Source: an uncultured Acidobacteriota bacterium (lineage in GTDB: Bacteria; Acidobacteriota; Thermoanaerobaculia; UBA5066; Gp7-AA6). Taken from it: DNA of 64,000 nt. Under the pieces are notes generated by a model. That model saw only the letters and a program-made list of their open reading frames with translations, had not been told where the DNA came from and did no database searches. This document shows positions 21,280-30,646 of this stretch, piece after piece. A program made the position numbers and the translations under genes. The DNA is taken from positions 20,765 through 84,764 of the forward strand of contig CAVRRE010000001.1 of the NCBI GenBank assembly GCA_963723535.1, in the 5' to 3' direction. How positions within the stretch are numbered: position 1 is the first letter of the stretch; each line of letters begins with the position of its first letter.

Positions 21280-22280
21280 GCGGCGGCCGTCGCCTCCCGC
21301 AGGGACTCGAAGCTCCGCCGCGCATCGCCCGAGTCGATCGCGGTACGCGCCCGCTCGTAACCTTCCGGCAGGTTCCTCGCCCGGCCCTCGACCACGAGGG
21401 CCGCCGCCACGTTCAGAAGCACGGCCTCGCGCCGCGGGCCCGGCTCGCCCTCGAGCAGCCGCGCCAGCATCGCCGCGTTCGCCGCCGCGTCGCCTCCGGC
21501 GAGCGCCTCGACCTCGACCCGGGCCTGCCCGCAGCGCTTCGGCCTCGAGCCGCCACGGGCGCGTCCAGCCGTCTTCGACCTCGACGCCGAACGCGGCGAC
21601 TCCGGGCGTGAGCTCGTCGAGCCCGTTCTCGGAGTGAAAGACGATGGCGCGCTCGTTGCCGAGCGCCGCGAGCGCGTCGGCGAGCAGGCGCGTCAGGTCC
21701 GGCCGGCCGACGCCGATGAGCTGGCGCGTCGCGCCCGCCGGGTTCGCGAGCGGTCCGAGAGCGTTGAAGATCGTGCGGATGCCGAGCTCGCGGCGGACCG
21801 TACCGAGCTCCTTCATGGCCGGGTGAAACGACGGCGCGAAGAGGAAGACGAGACCCGTCTCGTCCAGGATCCGGCCCGCTCGATCAGGCTCGAGCTCGAC
21901 CGGGAGCCCGGCCGCCGCGAGCACGTCCGCCGAGCCCACCCGCGAGGAGATGGATCGGTTGCCGTGCTTCGCCACGGCGGCTCCCGCTCCGGCCGCGACG
22001 ATCGCCGTCGCCGTCGAGAGGTTGAAGAGGTCGCGGCCAAGCCCGCCCGGACCGCACGTATCGAGCAAGGGCGAGCGGCGCGTCGAGACCCGCCGCATCC
22101 GGCTCCGGAGCGCCGCCACCGCTCCCGCGATCTCCTCGGCCGTCTCGCCGCGGGTCGCGATCCCGAGAAGGATCGCGCCCTTCTGCGCCTCGGTCGCCTG
22201 GCCGTCCATGAGATCTCCGAAGGTGGCCTCCGCGAGCGGACGCGGCAGGGTCCGCCGCGCGGCCACGGTCTCCGGGTCAT
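21276..22280 (-). CDS. trpD: Anthranilate phosphoribosyltransferase, frameshifts near both ends
   Basis: DTCGPGG...[42 protein letters not shown] and GLDE. Confidence 0.92.
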
Positions 22281-22287
22281 GGTCGCC

Positions 22288-22392
22288 TGTGGGGCGGGGC
22301 TCGCCCCGCAACGGGCGCAGTCCGACCAAGGACGACCACGGCAGTAGGAGGCGCCGTCCGAAGGACGGCGACAACCCAGGGCCGCCCCTACA
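22288..22392. repeat. REP/REPIN- or MITE-like 105-bp element between trpG and trpD
   Basis: Terminal inverted repeats TGT(A)GGGGCGG ... CCGCCCC(T)ACA; internal GTGG/GTAG-headed palindromes (GCGGGGC-TC-GCCCCGC and CGCCGTCC-GAA-GGACGGCG). Confidence 0.45.
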
Positions 22393-22976
22393 TGCCGGAA
22401 GGCGTATGAGGCCAGCCTCAGAAAGTTCGCCAGGATTCGGTCGCCCTCCGGCGTCAGCACCGACTCCGGATGGAACTGGACGCCGAACGCCGGAAGCGAC
22501 CGATGCGCGAGGGCCATCACGAGCCCGTCCTCGCTTCGCGCGACGACGGCGAGCTCGGCCGGAAGGGTTTCCTCGCGAACCACGAGGGAATGGTATCGCC
22601 CGGCTTCGAAGGGCTGCGGCAACCCGTCGAAGAGTCCCGTGCCCGCGTGCGAGATCCTCGAGCTCTTGCCATGGCGCGGCGTCGGGGCGCGCTCGATGGT
22701 GCCTCCGTGACGGGCGGCGAGCGCCTGGTGTCCCAGACACACGCCGAGCAGCGGCACTCCCGCGCGCTCGGCCTCCGCGATCATCGGAATCGTTCGCCCC
22801 GCGCTCTCGGGCCGGCCCGGTCCCGGCGAGATCACGACCGCGCGGGGCCGCAGCGAGACGACCTCGTCCGGCTCGAAGCGATCGTTGCGCGCGACCCGGA
22901 CGTCGGCGTCCAGCCTGCCCAGGGCCTGGACGAGGTTGAACGTGAACGAGTCGTAGTTGTCGACCACGAAGATCAT
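22390..22976 (-). CDS. trpG: Anthranilate synthase component II (glutamine amidotransferase); stop position uncertain
   Basis: DNYDSFTFNL, ISPGPGRP, LGVCLGHQ, RYHSL and QFHPES. Confidence 0.92.
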
Positions 22977-24448
22977 GCGAACCACTCGCGCGCCAGGTCG
23001 ATCGCGCGAAAGAGCGCCGCGGCCTTGGCCTCGGCCTCGGCGTATTCCTTCTCGGCGACCGAGTCCGCGACGATGCCGGCCCCGGCCTGCACGCGCCAGA
23101 GCCCCCCCTCGACGACCGCCGTCCGGATCGCGATGGCCAGATCGCAGTTGCCGGCGGCGTCGAAGTAGCCGACAGCGCCGCCGTAGATCCCGCGCCGGCA
23201 TGCCTCCAGCGCATCGATCAGCTCCATGGCCCGGATCTTGGGCGCGCCCGTGAGCGTGCCCGCCGGAAAGCATGCGGCGAGCGCATCCGCCGGACCCGCG
23301 CCCTCCCGGAGGCGCCCGCGGACTTCGGAGACCAGATGCTGGACGTGGGAGAACTTCTCGACGTCGGCGAAGCGCGCGACCTCCACCGTCCCGACCTCGC
23401 AGACTCGCCCGAGGTCGTTGCGCGCCAGGTCCACGAGCATGACGTGCTCCGCTCGCTCCTTGGGGTCCTCCCTCAGGCGCTCCGCGAGCGCGTCGTCCTC
23501 CGACCTCGACTTTCCGCGGGGCACCGTGCCTGCGATCGGCCGCGTTTCGACCTGGCGCCCCCGGCAGCGGACGAGCATCTCGGGCGACGAGCCGAGGACG
23601 GTCGCTTCGCGGGTCTCGAGAAAGTAGAGGTACGGCGAAGGGTTGAGCGCGCGCAGCGCCCGGTACACGTCGAACGGGTCCACCGCGAGCCGGGCCGTCC
23701 AGCGCTGCGAGATCACGGCCTGGTAGACCTCTCCCTCCGCGATGGCCTCGCGCGTCGCCGCGACGGCGTCGAGGAAACGTTCGCGCGCCATCGCCGGAAC
23801 GAAGCGCACCTGCTCCGCGCGGCAGGCGGACGCGGGCGGGTCGGGCGCGGCGAGCAGCTCCTGGAGGCGATCGAGTCGGAGGATCGCGTCCGTGACCGTG
23901 CGCTCGACCTCGCCGTCGGAGCCCGCATCGAGCGTCGTCAGCAGAAGCACCCGCTGTCTCGGATGGTCGAAGGCCACGACCGCATCGAAGAGAAGAAAGA
24001 GCGCGTCGGGAATTTCGCCTTCTCGAGGCTGACGGTCCGGGATCGCCTCGAAGAGCCGCACGGCGTCGTAGGAGAGATAGCCCACCGCGCCCCGCGAGAG
24101 CGGCGGCAGCTCCGGATCCGCGAGAAACTCGTCCGGCCGGGCCAGGCGCTCGAGCGCCGCGAGCGGAGGCTCCTCCACGACCTCGCTCTTTCCTCCCCGC
24201 TCGAGACAGGTCTTCCCGTCGCGCACGGTCAGCCGCGCCGAGGGATCGACGCCGAGGAAGGTGTAGCGCGCGACCGCCTCGCCGCCCTCGACGCTCTCGA
24301 AAAGGAAAGCCTCGCGGCCGGGGCCGCGCATGCGCTGGAAGAGCATGACCGGCGTCACCAGGTCCGACGGAAACACCCGCGCCACCGGCACGCGCCGGCC
24401 GGTCCTCGCCCGCCCGAGAAAGTCGGCTCGCTCAGCGGCCCGCCTCAC
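22973..24448 (-). CDS. trpE: Anthranilate synthase component I
   Basis: NPSPY, GSSPE, PIAGT, KERAEHVMLVDLARNDLGR, FPAGTLTGAPK and QAGAGIVADS. Confidence 0.95.
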   Translation of the reverse strand: MRRAAERADFLGRARTGRRVPVARVFPSDLVTPVMLFQRMRGPGREAFLFESVEGGEAVARYTFLGVDPSARLTVRDGKTCLERGGKSEVVEEPPLAALERLARPDEFLADPELPPLSRGAVGYLSYDAVRLFEAIPDRQPREGEIPDALFLLFDAVVAFDHPRQRVLLLTTLDAGSDGEVERTVTDAILRLDRLQELLAAPDPPASACRAEQVRFVPAMARERFLDAVAATREAIAEGEVYQAVISQRWTARLAVDPFDVYRALRALNPSPYLYFLETREATVLGSSPEMLVRCRGRQVETRPIAGTVPRGKSRSEDDALAERLREDPKERAEHVMLVDLARNDLGRVCEVGTVEVARFADVEKFSHVQHLVSEVRGRLREGAGPADALAACFPAGTLTGAPKIRAMELIDALEACRRGIYGGAVGYFDAAGNCDLAIAIRTAVVEGGLWRVQAGAGIVADSVAEKEYAEAEAKAAALFRAIDLAREWFA

Positions 24449-25923
24449 GCGCGCCCGTCCCGCAGGATCGAGGTCACTTCGTCGAGCGTCACGCCCTCGA
24501 GGCCGAAGAGCTGCGCCTGGCGGACGGCCTGCGCCGCGAACATCTGCAAACCTTCGACGACGGGGCATTTTGCGGCGCGCGCCGCCCGGACCGTCGAGGT
24601 CTCCCGCCCGTCCCGCCGGTAGACACAGTCGAAGACGAGGGGATTCGGTTCCAGGAGGCTCGGCGGAATCGCCGGGGGGTCGTCGTCCTTCCAGCCCAGA
24701 GGCGTCGCGTTGACGTAGAGGTCCGCCTCGCTCGCGGCCAGATCTTCCCAGGCGAGTGAATCCACGCGCATCTCCTCCGCGAGTCGGTCCGCTTCCGCGT
24801 CGCGGCGGGCCGTCACCATGACCTCGTAGCCCAGCCGCCGGGCGGCCACGACGACGGCCCGCGCGGCGCCTCCCGCTCCCAGGACCACGGCGCTGCGTCC
24901 CTCCCCCGTTCCGTGGTCGGCGAGGGGGTCGAAGACTCCGTCGACGTCGGTGTTCTCGGCTCGCCACCCGGTCCGCTCGCGCACGAGCGTGTTGGAAGCA
25001 CCGATCCGCCGCACGTCCTCCGAGGGAGCGCCGACACGCGCCGCCTCCAGCTTCCAGGGCTGCGTTACGGCGAAGCCCCGCGCGGGCGGATCGAACGCGA
25101 TCTCGTGAGGCCTCTCCCGGCGGAAGTCGGACACCTGGAACGGAAGGTAGAGGTACGGAAGATCGCGGGCCCGGAAGAGCGCGTTGTGCAGGAAGGGTGA
25201 AAGCGACCGCGCCGTGCTTCCGGCGAGCACGCCGTAGAGCGCCTCGAGCGGGCGCGGGCGGTTCACCTCGTAGATCGAGAGCAGATCGCCGATCGGCACC
25301 TGCCCCGGCGCCGTCTCCCGCTCGACCGGCCCGTAGACGAGGGCAGCGCCGAAGAGCGCCGAAAGGACCCGACCGGGAGCGCTCGCCGGTCCCATCGGAA
25401 AGATCGCCGCGGCGCCGTCGCGGGCGTCCCTCTGCAGCTCCGCGATCCGGAGGCTCCCGGCGACGTCGGGGACGCCGGCCACGAGTTTGACGGCCCGGGC
25501 GCGCGCCTGCGCGCATCGCCGAGACTTTCGCGTCCCAGTCCGCCGGCAGGGAGAAGGGCGAGTGCAGAGACACGATCACGCGCTCGCGCTCGGGGAATCG
25601 GCCGGGATCCGAGAGCAGGCCCCGCGCGTACTCGACGTCGACCGTCGCTCCCGCGGCGTAGCTCTCCTCGACGAGGCGCGCGTACTCCTCGGCCGTGCCG
25701 CTGAAGTTGCCGCCCTCGGCAAGCGAGCGCCACGTGAGGATCACAGGGCGCGGGTCTGAGATCGAGCAACGTCGCGGGCGGGATCGGGCGATCCGCCGAG
25801 GTCCATCCGGAACTCGATCGCGTTGGCCGCCGCCGGGACGCGCGCGACCAGCCGCCTCGCGTCCTCGGCGTCTTTCGGCGCGAGCGAGGCGATGTACGCC
25901 GGAATCGGAAGGACTCTGTCCAT
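24445..25923 (-). CDS. aroE: Fused type I 3-dehydroquinate dehydratase / shikimate dehydrogenase (AroDE), frameshifted
   Basis: N-terminal IEFRMDL, TWRSLAEGGNF, VIVSLH, VKL and PMG...R dehydratase motifs. C-terminal SLSPFLHN, VTQPWK, GASNT, NTDVDG, LGAGGAARA and NATPLG motifs. Confidence 0.85.
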
Positions 25924-25930
25924 CGAAATC

Positions 25931-25961
25931 AAAAACCCCCGAGCCCTTCGGGCCGGGGGTT
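25931..25961 (-). terminator. Attenuator terminator immediately upstream of the aroDE start
   Basis: Minus strand AACCCCCG-GCCC-GAA-GGGC-T-CGGGGGTT-TTT; the U-tract ends 7 nt before the ATG at 25923. Confidence 0.85.
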
Positions 25962-26020
25962 CTCATTCTCTCGTCTGGTTTCGCCCCGCCCGAACGGATT
26001 CGGCAGGGCGCGACTTGGCC

Positions 26021-26068
26021 CTACCGGGTCTCCCGCCACCACCAGTTCGACGAGGAATGACGCGTCAT
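26021..26068 (-). CDS. trpL: trp operon leader peptide MTRHSSSNWWWRETR
   Basis: 15-codon ORF with three consecutive TGG codons directly upstream of the attenuator hairpins and the trp operon. Confidence 0.88.
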   Translation of the reverse strand: MTRHSSSNWWWRETR

Positions 26069-27298
26069 GGAGGGGCGATCATCCCGCCGGCGGGTGTGGG
26101 TGTCAAGGGAGGGGACGTCGGCGTCGCGGGAGGCCTTCGCCTTGTTGGCTTCGACGCTGCGGAACGAGAGCGGCAGCAGGAATTGCGCGGTCGGAGGCGG
26201 CGTCGCGCCTTCGAATCGAATCTCCATACCGCGGGCATCGGCTCGATAGACGTACTCCGCCGACGGGCACGCGGTCGACACAACGTTTCCCATTCGCGCG
26301 GGCCAACGCCCCTCGGCGTCCTGCTCTTTCGCCAGGCGGAGCCGCAGAATCTCCAGCGTGAGCTCTCGGTCAACAGCGAGCCTGGCGGCGCGCCGGACGG
26401 GATTCACCATGTTCGGGAGAGTGATTTCGCGGTAGTGCGTCACGCGCCTCGAGGGCCACGGGATCCGATGAGGGGAAGAGCTCCCGTTCGGCCAACTTCC
26501 AGATGCCCTCATCGTCCAGGCTGGCTCCCTCGCAGGGACCGAGCTTCTTGAGGCCGGCGGCGATCGCGGCCGGCGCCTTCCGCGCCGTCTCTTCCCACGG
26601 GTCGGTCGAGGGAAACAGGTTCCCAGGTTCCCTCGGTTCCGGATCGGACGCGTACGCATCGAGCATGTCGCTCCAGGATCGGTCGCTCGAGAGACGATCG
26701 ATCCACGGAGAGGAGAGCTCGGCAGCTTCCGAAGCACACCCGCTTGCCACCCACTCGACCTGGCCGCGATGAGCTGCATGATCAGCAGTGGCGCTTCCGC
26801 CGCGATGCGACCGAGCGACCAGGAGGCTTCGAGCAACCGCTCCGCTTCGATCTCGCGACCTTCGCGAGTCTCGACGAGGGCCGCCGCGAGAAGAACGCTC
26901 TGCAGACGGATCGACGGCGTGAGGGCGGGCGTGTTCACCGTGCCGTCTTTGTTCAGCTCGTCCTTCCCCCAGTCGGGCGCTTGACGCTCCAGCGCGAAGA
27001 CGACCGCCTCGAGCGCCTCCTTGCGCTCCTCGAGGTACCGCTTCAGAGTCTCCGGCGGTTCCCCGATCGACTCGTCGGGGATGGCGAGCTGAGACTCGAG
27101 CCAGGCCGCGGCGCCGGACTCGGAATAGGCGACGGAGGGGTCAGACGTCGCCGCCCTGGCGGCCTGCTCGAACGGGATCCCGAGCTCGCCCCCTCGCTCT
27201 ACGAGAACCTCTGCGGCGGCGTTTCGCTCGATCGGACGCTCGCCGACCGCCCCGGCCGCGAGCGCGAGAAGTCCGAGCAGACTGGCCGCGGGAATCAT
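26065..27298 (-). CDS. Secreted/membrane hypothetical protein, paralog of 27295..28518, frameshifted
   Basis: Signal-like MIPAASLLGLLALAAGA; C-terminal LRLAKEQDAEGRWP...CP...Y...FEG matches the neighbouring gene. Confidence 0.6.
26078..26106 (-). promoter_or_regulatory. Putative sigma70 promoter for trpL
   Basis: TTGACA-N17-GATGAT, with the trpL ATG 9 nt further on (near-leaderless). Confidence 0.6.
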
Positions 27299-28518
27299 TG
27301 AGGGCTCGGCGTGGGCGTCGGCGGCGGAGCGCTCCGGAAGGTCAGAGGCAGAATCAACCCTCGTTCGACGGCGGGAGCCCGACCTTCGAAGGCCAGGGTC
27401 ACGTCGCCCGAGGGGCTTCGCTGATACTTCCAGAAGCTCCCGGGACAAACGGACGATTCGAGATTCGCCGGAAGCGCCGGCCAGCCTCCATCGCGGGAGG
27501 CCGCCTTCTCGCTGCGCGCCTCAAGGACGAGCGCCGTCAGCTCGGCGTCGAGCAGATGGCGGTGCCAGCGATTCAGCCCGTCCAGAGAATTCTCGGAGCC
27601 CGTCGTCGCCATGATTTCGATCTCGCCGGGCTCGCTCCTCGCGGCGACTCTCCAGTTCCGGTCCAGATCCTGGCGGGTCCAGCCGCAGGGGTCGCGAGCC
27701 GCGAGACCCGCGACGAATCGGCGGTTGACCCGCGTCATGCCCCGCACACCCTCCAGCTCCTCGGCGTCGCTCGCCAGGTGCCAGGCGTCGTTCTGGACAG
27801 CGGCCAGGAAGGATTCGAAGAACGCTCGTCCTCGGAACCGTTCGACCCACACGGAAGCGGGCGAATCGACCTTGCGAAGCAGGCCCACGACCAGCCGCGC
27901 CGCGTTCTGGACGAGGATCTGCGAGACCATCTCCGGACGCGACGCCAGGCTCTGGACGAGGATCCACATGGCTTCGACCGTCTGGAGCGCGGCGTCGGGA
28001 TCCGGCCTTCGTGCCTCGTCGAGCGCTCGGGCGGCGAGAACGAGCTGGAGCCGCACCTGTCCCAGAACGTTGGGCGTCGGCGCATAGAGCCCGGCAGTCA
28101 CGTCGATGTCCCAGGCGATCTCGCGGCGACCGAGCGCGACGGCCACAATCGCGTCGAGCGTCGCCCCGTGCTCGGAGAGATAGCCCTTCACGGCCGCGCC
28201 CGGCGCATCGACGCGCTCGCTCGCGCCCTCCAGCTGCTGATCGACGTACTGGCGGATCGCCGGGGCAACAGCCTGGTAGGCCGTCGCGGCCGCCGCATCC
28301 GGATGGTCGCGACGCTCGTCCTTCGGCGCGAGGTCGATGCCGAGACGCGCCGTGAGCGCCTCCAGCTCCAATGCGACCCTCGAGGCCGGCGCTTTCGGAA
28401 AGGCGGTTGTGAATGCTTCGAACGAGGCGACCGGTCCGGGAGGCCGCCATTCCTCCGCGGGCGTCATCGGAACCAACAGCATCGACGACACGACGGCCGC
28501 GGCGACGCCTCGAAGCAT
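27295..28518 (-). CDS. Secreted hypothetical protein
   Basis: 407-aa ORF with signal peptide; C-terminal EARSEKAASRDGGWP...CP...Y...FEG. Confidence 0.7.
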   Translation of the reverse strand: MLRGVAAAVVSSMLLVPMTPAEEWRPPGPVASFEAFTTAFPKAPASRVALELEALTARLGIDLAPKDERRDHPDAAAATAYQAVAPAIRQYVDQQLEGASERVDAPGAAVKGYLSEHGATLDAIVAVALGRREIAWDIDVTAGLYAPTPNVLGQVRLQLVLAARALDEARRPDPDAALQTVEAMWILVQSLASRPEMVSQILVQNAARLVVGLLRKVDSPASVWVERFRGRAFFESFLAAVQNDAWHLASDAEELEGVRGMTRVNRRFVAGLAARDPCGWTRQDLDRNWRVAARSEPGEIEIMATTGSENSLDGLNRWHRHLLDAELTALVLEARSEKAASRDGGWPALPANLESSVCPGSFWKYQRSPSGDVTLAFEGRAPAVERGLILPLTFRSAPPPTPTPSPQ

Positions 28519-28528
28519 GACCGAGAGT

Positions 28529-29929
28529 CTACGCCCGCTTCCACCTCGTGCCGGTCGGGCCGTCCTCGAGAACGATCCCCTTCTGCGCCAGCTCCCCGCG
28601 CAGCCGGTCGGACTCGGCGAAGTCGCGGCGCCGTCGCGCGGCGTTGCGGGCCTCGATCATGGCCTCGATGTCGGCGGACAGGGCGTCGTCCCTGGCGGGG
28701 AGGACGCCGAGGACCAGGTCCGCCTTCCGGATGGCGGCCGCGGCGGCGGCCGCTCCCGCCGAGTCGAGGGTGTTCTCGACGAGGGCCGCGTTGATCTCGC
28801 GCAGGAACGTGAAGAGGACACCCAGGGCCTCGGCCGTGTTGAGATCGTCGTCGAGGGCCGCGGCCCAGTCCGCCGAGAACTTCGCGGCGCGCTCGGCCGC
28901 CGGAAACGCGCCCGGCTTGCTCCCGCCCGAGGCCGCGGCCTCGTCGATCCGCAGGACCGCCGACCGGATGCGTTCGACGGCCGAGGCGGCTCCGGCGAGC
29001 GCCTCCCAGGTGAAGTTGAGCTTCTTCCGGTAGGGCACCGAGAGGAGGAGATAGCGCACGGCCACCGGGTCGTTCCGCTGCGCGAGGATGTCGTCGAGCG
29101 TGTAGAAGTTGCCCTTGGACTTCGACATCTTCTCGCCGTCGACGAGGAGATGCTCGCCGTGCATCCAGAGATTCACGAACTTCTCCCCCGTCGCGGCCTC
29201 GCTCTGGGCGATCTCGTTCTCGTGGTGCGGGAAGATGTTGTCCACGCCCCCCGTGTGAATGTCGAAGTGATTTCCGAGGTACTTCGCGCTCATGGCCGAG
29301 CATTCGATGTGCCAGCCCGGGCGGCCGGGCCCCCAGGGTGAATCCCAGGTCGGCTCACCCGGCTTCGCGGCCTTCCAGAGAACGAAGTCCTTGACGTCCT
29401 CCTTCTCGTACTCGTCGTCGGCCACGCGATCGCCGCGGCGCGCCTGCGAGAGGTCGATCCCGGAGAGACGGCCGTAGGTCGGGAAGGTCGAGATCCGGAA
29501 GTACACCGACCCTTCGGATTCGTAGGCGTGGCCGCGCTCGATGAGCTTCGCGATCATCGCGATCATCTCGGGGACGTGCTCGGTCGCGCGCGGGTACCGC
29601 TCCGCGCGCTCGAAGCCGAGCCGGTCGAGGTCCCGGAAGAAGAGGTCGGCGTACCCGCCCGTGAACTCGGCCAGGGACTGGCCGGCCCGCGCCGCTCCCT
29701 CGATCGTCTTGTCGTCGATGTCGGTCAGGTTCATGACCTGGGTGACCCGGAGGCCCTGTGCCTTCAGGTGCCGGCGCAGGACGTCTTCCCAGAGAAACGT
29801 CCTCAGGTTGCCGATGTGGGCGACGTTGTAGACCGTCGGACCGCAGGTGTAGAGACGGACGTGTCCCGGCTCGATCGGCACGAGAGGCTCGACCGTGCGT
29901 CCCAGCGTGTTGTGCGCCTTCAGCGTCAC
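28529..29929 (-). CDS. cysS: Cysteinyl-tRNA synthetase
   Basis: YTCGPTVY, HIGN, GRPGWHIECSAMS, FPHHENE and KMSKS. Confidence 0.97.
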   Translation of the reverse strand: MTLKAHNTLGRTVEPLVPIEPGHVRLYTCGPTVYNVAHIGNLRTFLWEDVLRRHLKAQGLRVTQVMNLTDIDDKTIEGAARAGQSLAEFTGGYADLFFRDLDRLGFERAERYPRATEHVPEMIAMIAKLIERGHAYESEGSVYFRISTFPTYGRLSGIDLSQARRGDRVADDEYEKEDVKDFVLWKAAKPGEPTWDSPWGPGRPGWHIECSAMSAKYLGNHFDIHTGGVDNIFPHHENEIAQSEAATGEKFVNLWMHGEHLLVDGEKMSKSKGNFYTLDDILAQRNDPVAVRYLLLSVPYRKKLNFTWEALAGAASAVERIRSAVLRIDEAAASGGSKPGAFPAAERAAKFSADWAAALDDDLNTAEALGVLFTFLREINAALVENTLDSAGAAAAAAAIRKADLVLGVLPARDDALSADIEAMIEARNAARRRRDFAESDRLRGELAQKGIVLEDGPTGTRWKRA

Positions 29930-30435
29930 CAGAGGCCCTTCTCTTTCTGCCGGCGGATCTTTCGCCAAGCCAGCTCGCGCTTCAAGCCCCGAAGGCGGTC
30001 CACGAACAGCATTCCGTTCAAATGGTCGGTCTCATGGCAAAGGGCGCGGGCGAGGAGCCCGGTCCCCTCGATCTCGCGGACGACTCCGGAGGCGTCGCCG
30101 GCCCGGACTCGGACACGCGCCGGGCGGACGACCTTCTCGGTCAGATCGGGGACCGAAAGGCAGCCCTCCTCCTCCTTCTGCTCGCCGCTGCTCTCGACGA
30201 CGACCGGGTTGACGAGGACGATCAGCTCGCCCGGATCCGCGCCGACGGAAAGATCGATGATCGCGATCCGCTTGTTCAGGCCGATCTGAGGAGCGGCCAG
30301 GCCGACTCCGGGAGCGGCATGACAGGTCTCCACCATATCGGCGATCAGGCCGGCGATCTCCTCGGCGCGCGGATCCACGTCGGCGTTTTCCGCGGTCAGC
30401 CGCGGATCGCCGTACCGCACGATGTCGCGGATCAA
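29926..30435 (-). CDS. def: Peptide deformylase
   Basis: GVGLAAPQIG, EGCLS and HETDHLNG. Confidence 0.95.
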   Translation of the reverse strand: MIRDIVRYGDPRLTAENADVDPRAEEIAGLIADMVETCHAAPGVGLAAPQIGLNKRIAIIDLSVGADPGELIVLVNPVVVESSGEQKEEEGCLSVPDLTEKVVRPARVRVRAGDASGVVREIEGTGLLARALCHETDHLNGMLFVDRLRGLKRELAWRKIRRQKEKGLW

Positions 30436-30600
30436 GCGGGAGGGCCCGCCGCAAGGCCGGAAAGGCGAGGCGCCGGCATGTCCTCCAGGGCGCGACCCGT
30501 GTCTCCCAGGCGTGACAGAACGTCTCGCTTCGCTTCTCGCCGGCCTTCCATAAGTGCTCGATTTAAAGCACATTCTTGCAACGGCGGCAAGGAGGGCGCG

Positions 30601-30616
30601 TGGCACGCGGCTCGCT
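30601..30616 (+). promoter_or_regulatory. Putative sigma54 (-24/-12) promoter
   Basis: TGGCACG-CGGC-TCGCT versus consensus TGGCACG-N4-TTGCW; 30 nt upstream of ATG 30647; AT-rich patch upstream. Confidence 0.5.
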
Positions 30617-30646
30617 ATCCTCGACGTACGGAGAAGAAGGAAAACG

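Noticed and set aside
22288-22400. Group II intron or SRP RNA remnant
   Set aside because: No domain V (AGC/CGC triad helix) and no SRP GGAAGG/AGCAG helix-8 motif; a REP-like reading fits better.
17893-25966. Very long ORFs (814-997 aa) that look like Trp polyproteins
   Set aside because: Artefacts of overlapping genes, frameshifts and rare stops in high-GC DNA; each Trp enzyme has its own start overlapping the previous stop.
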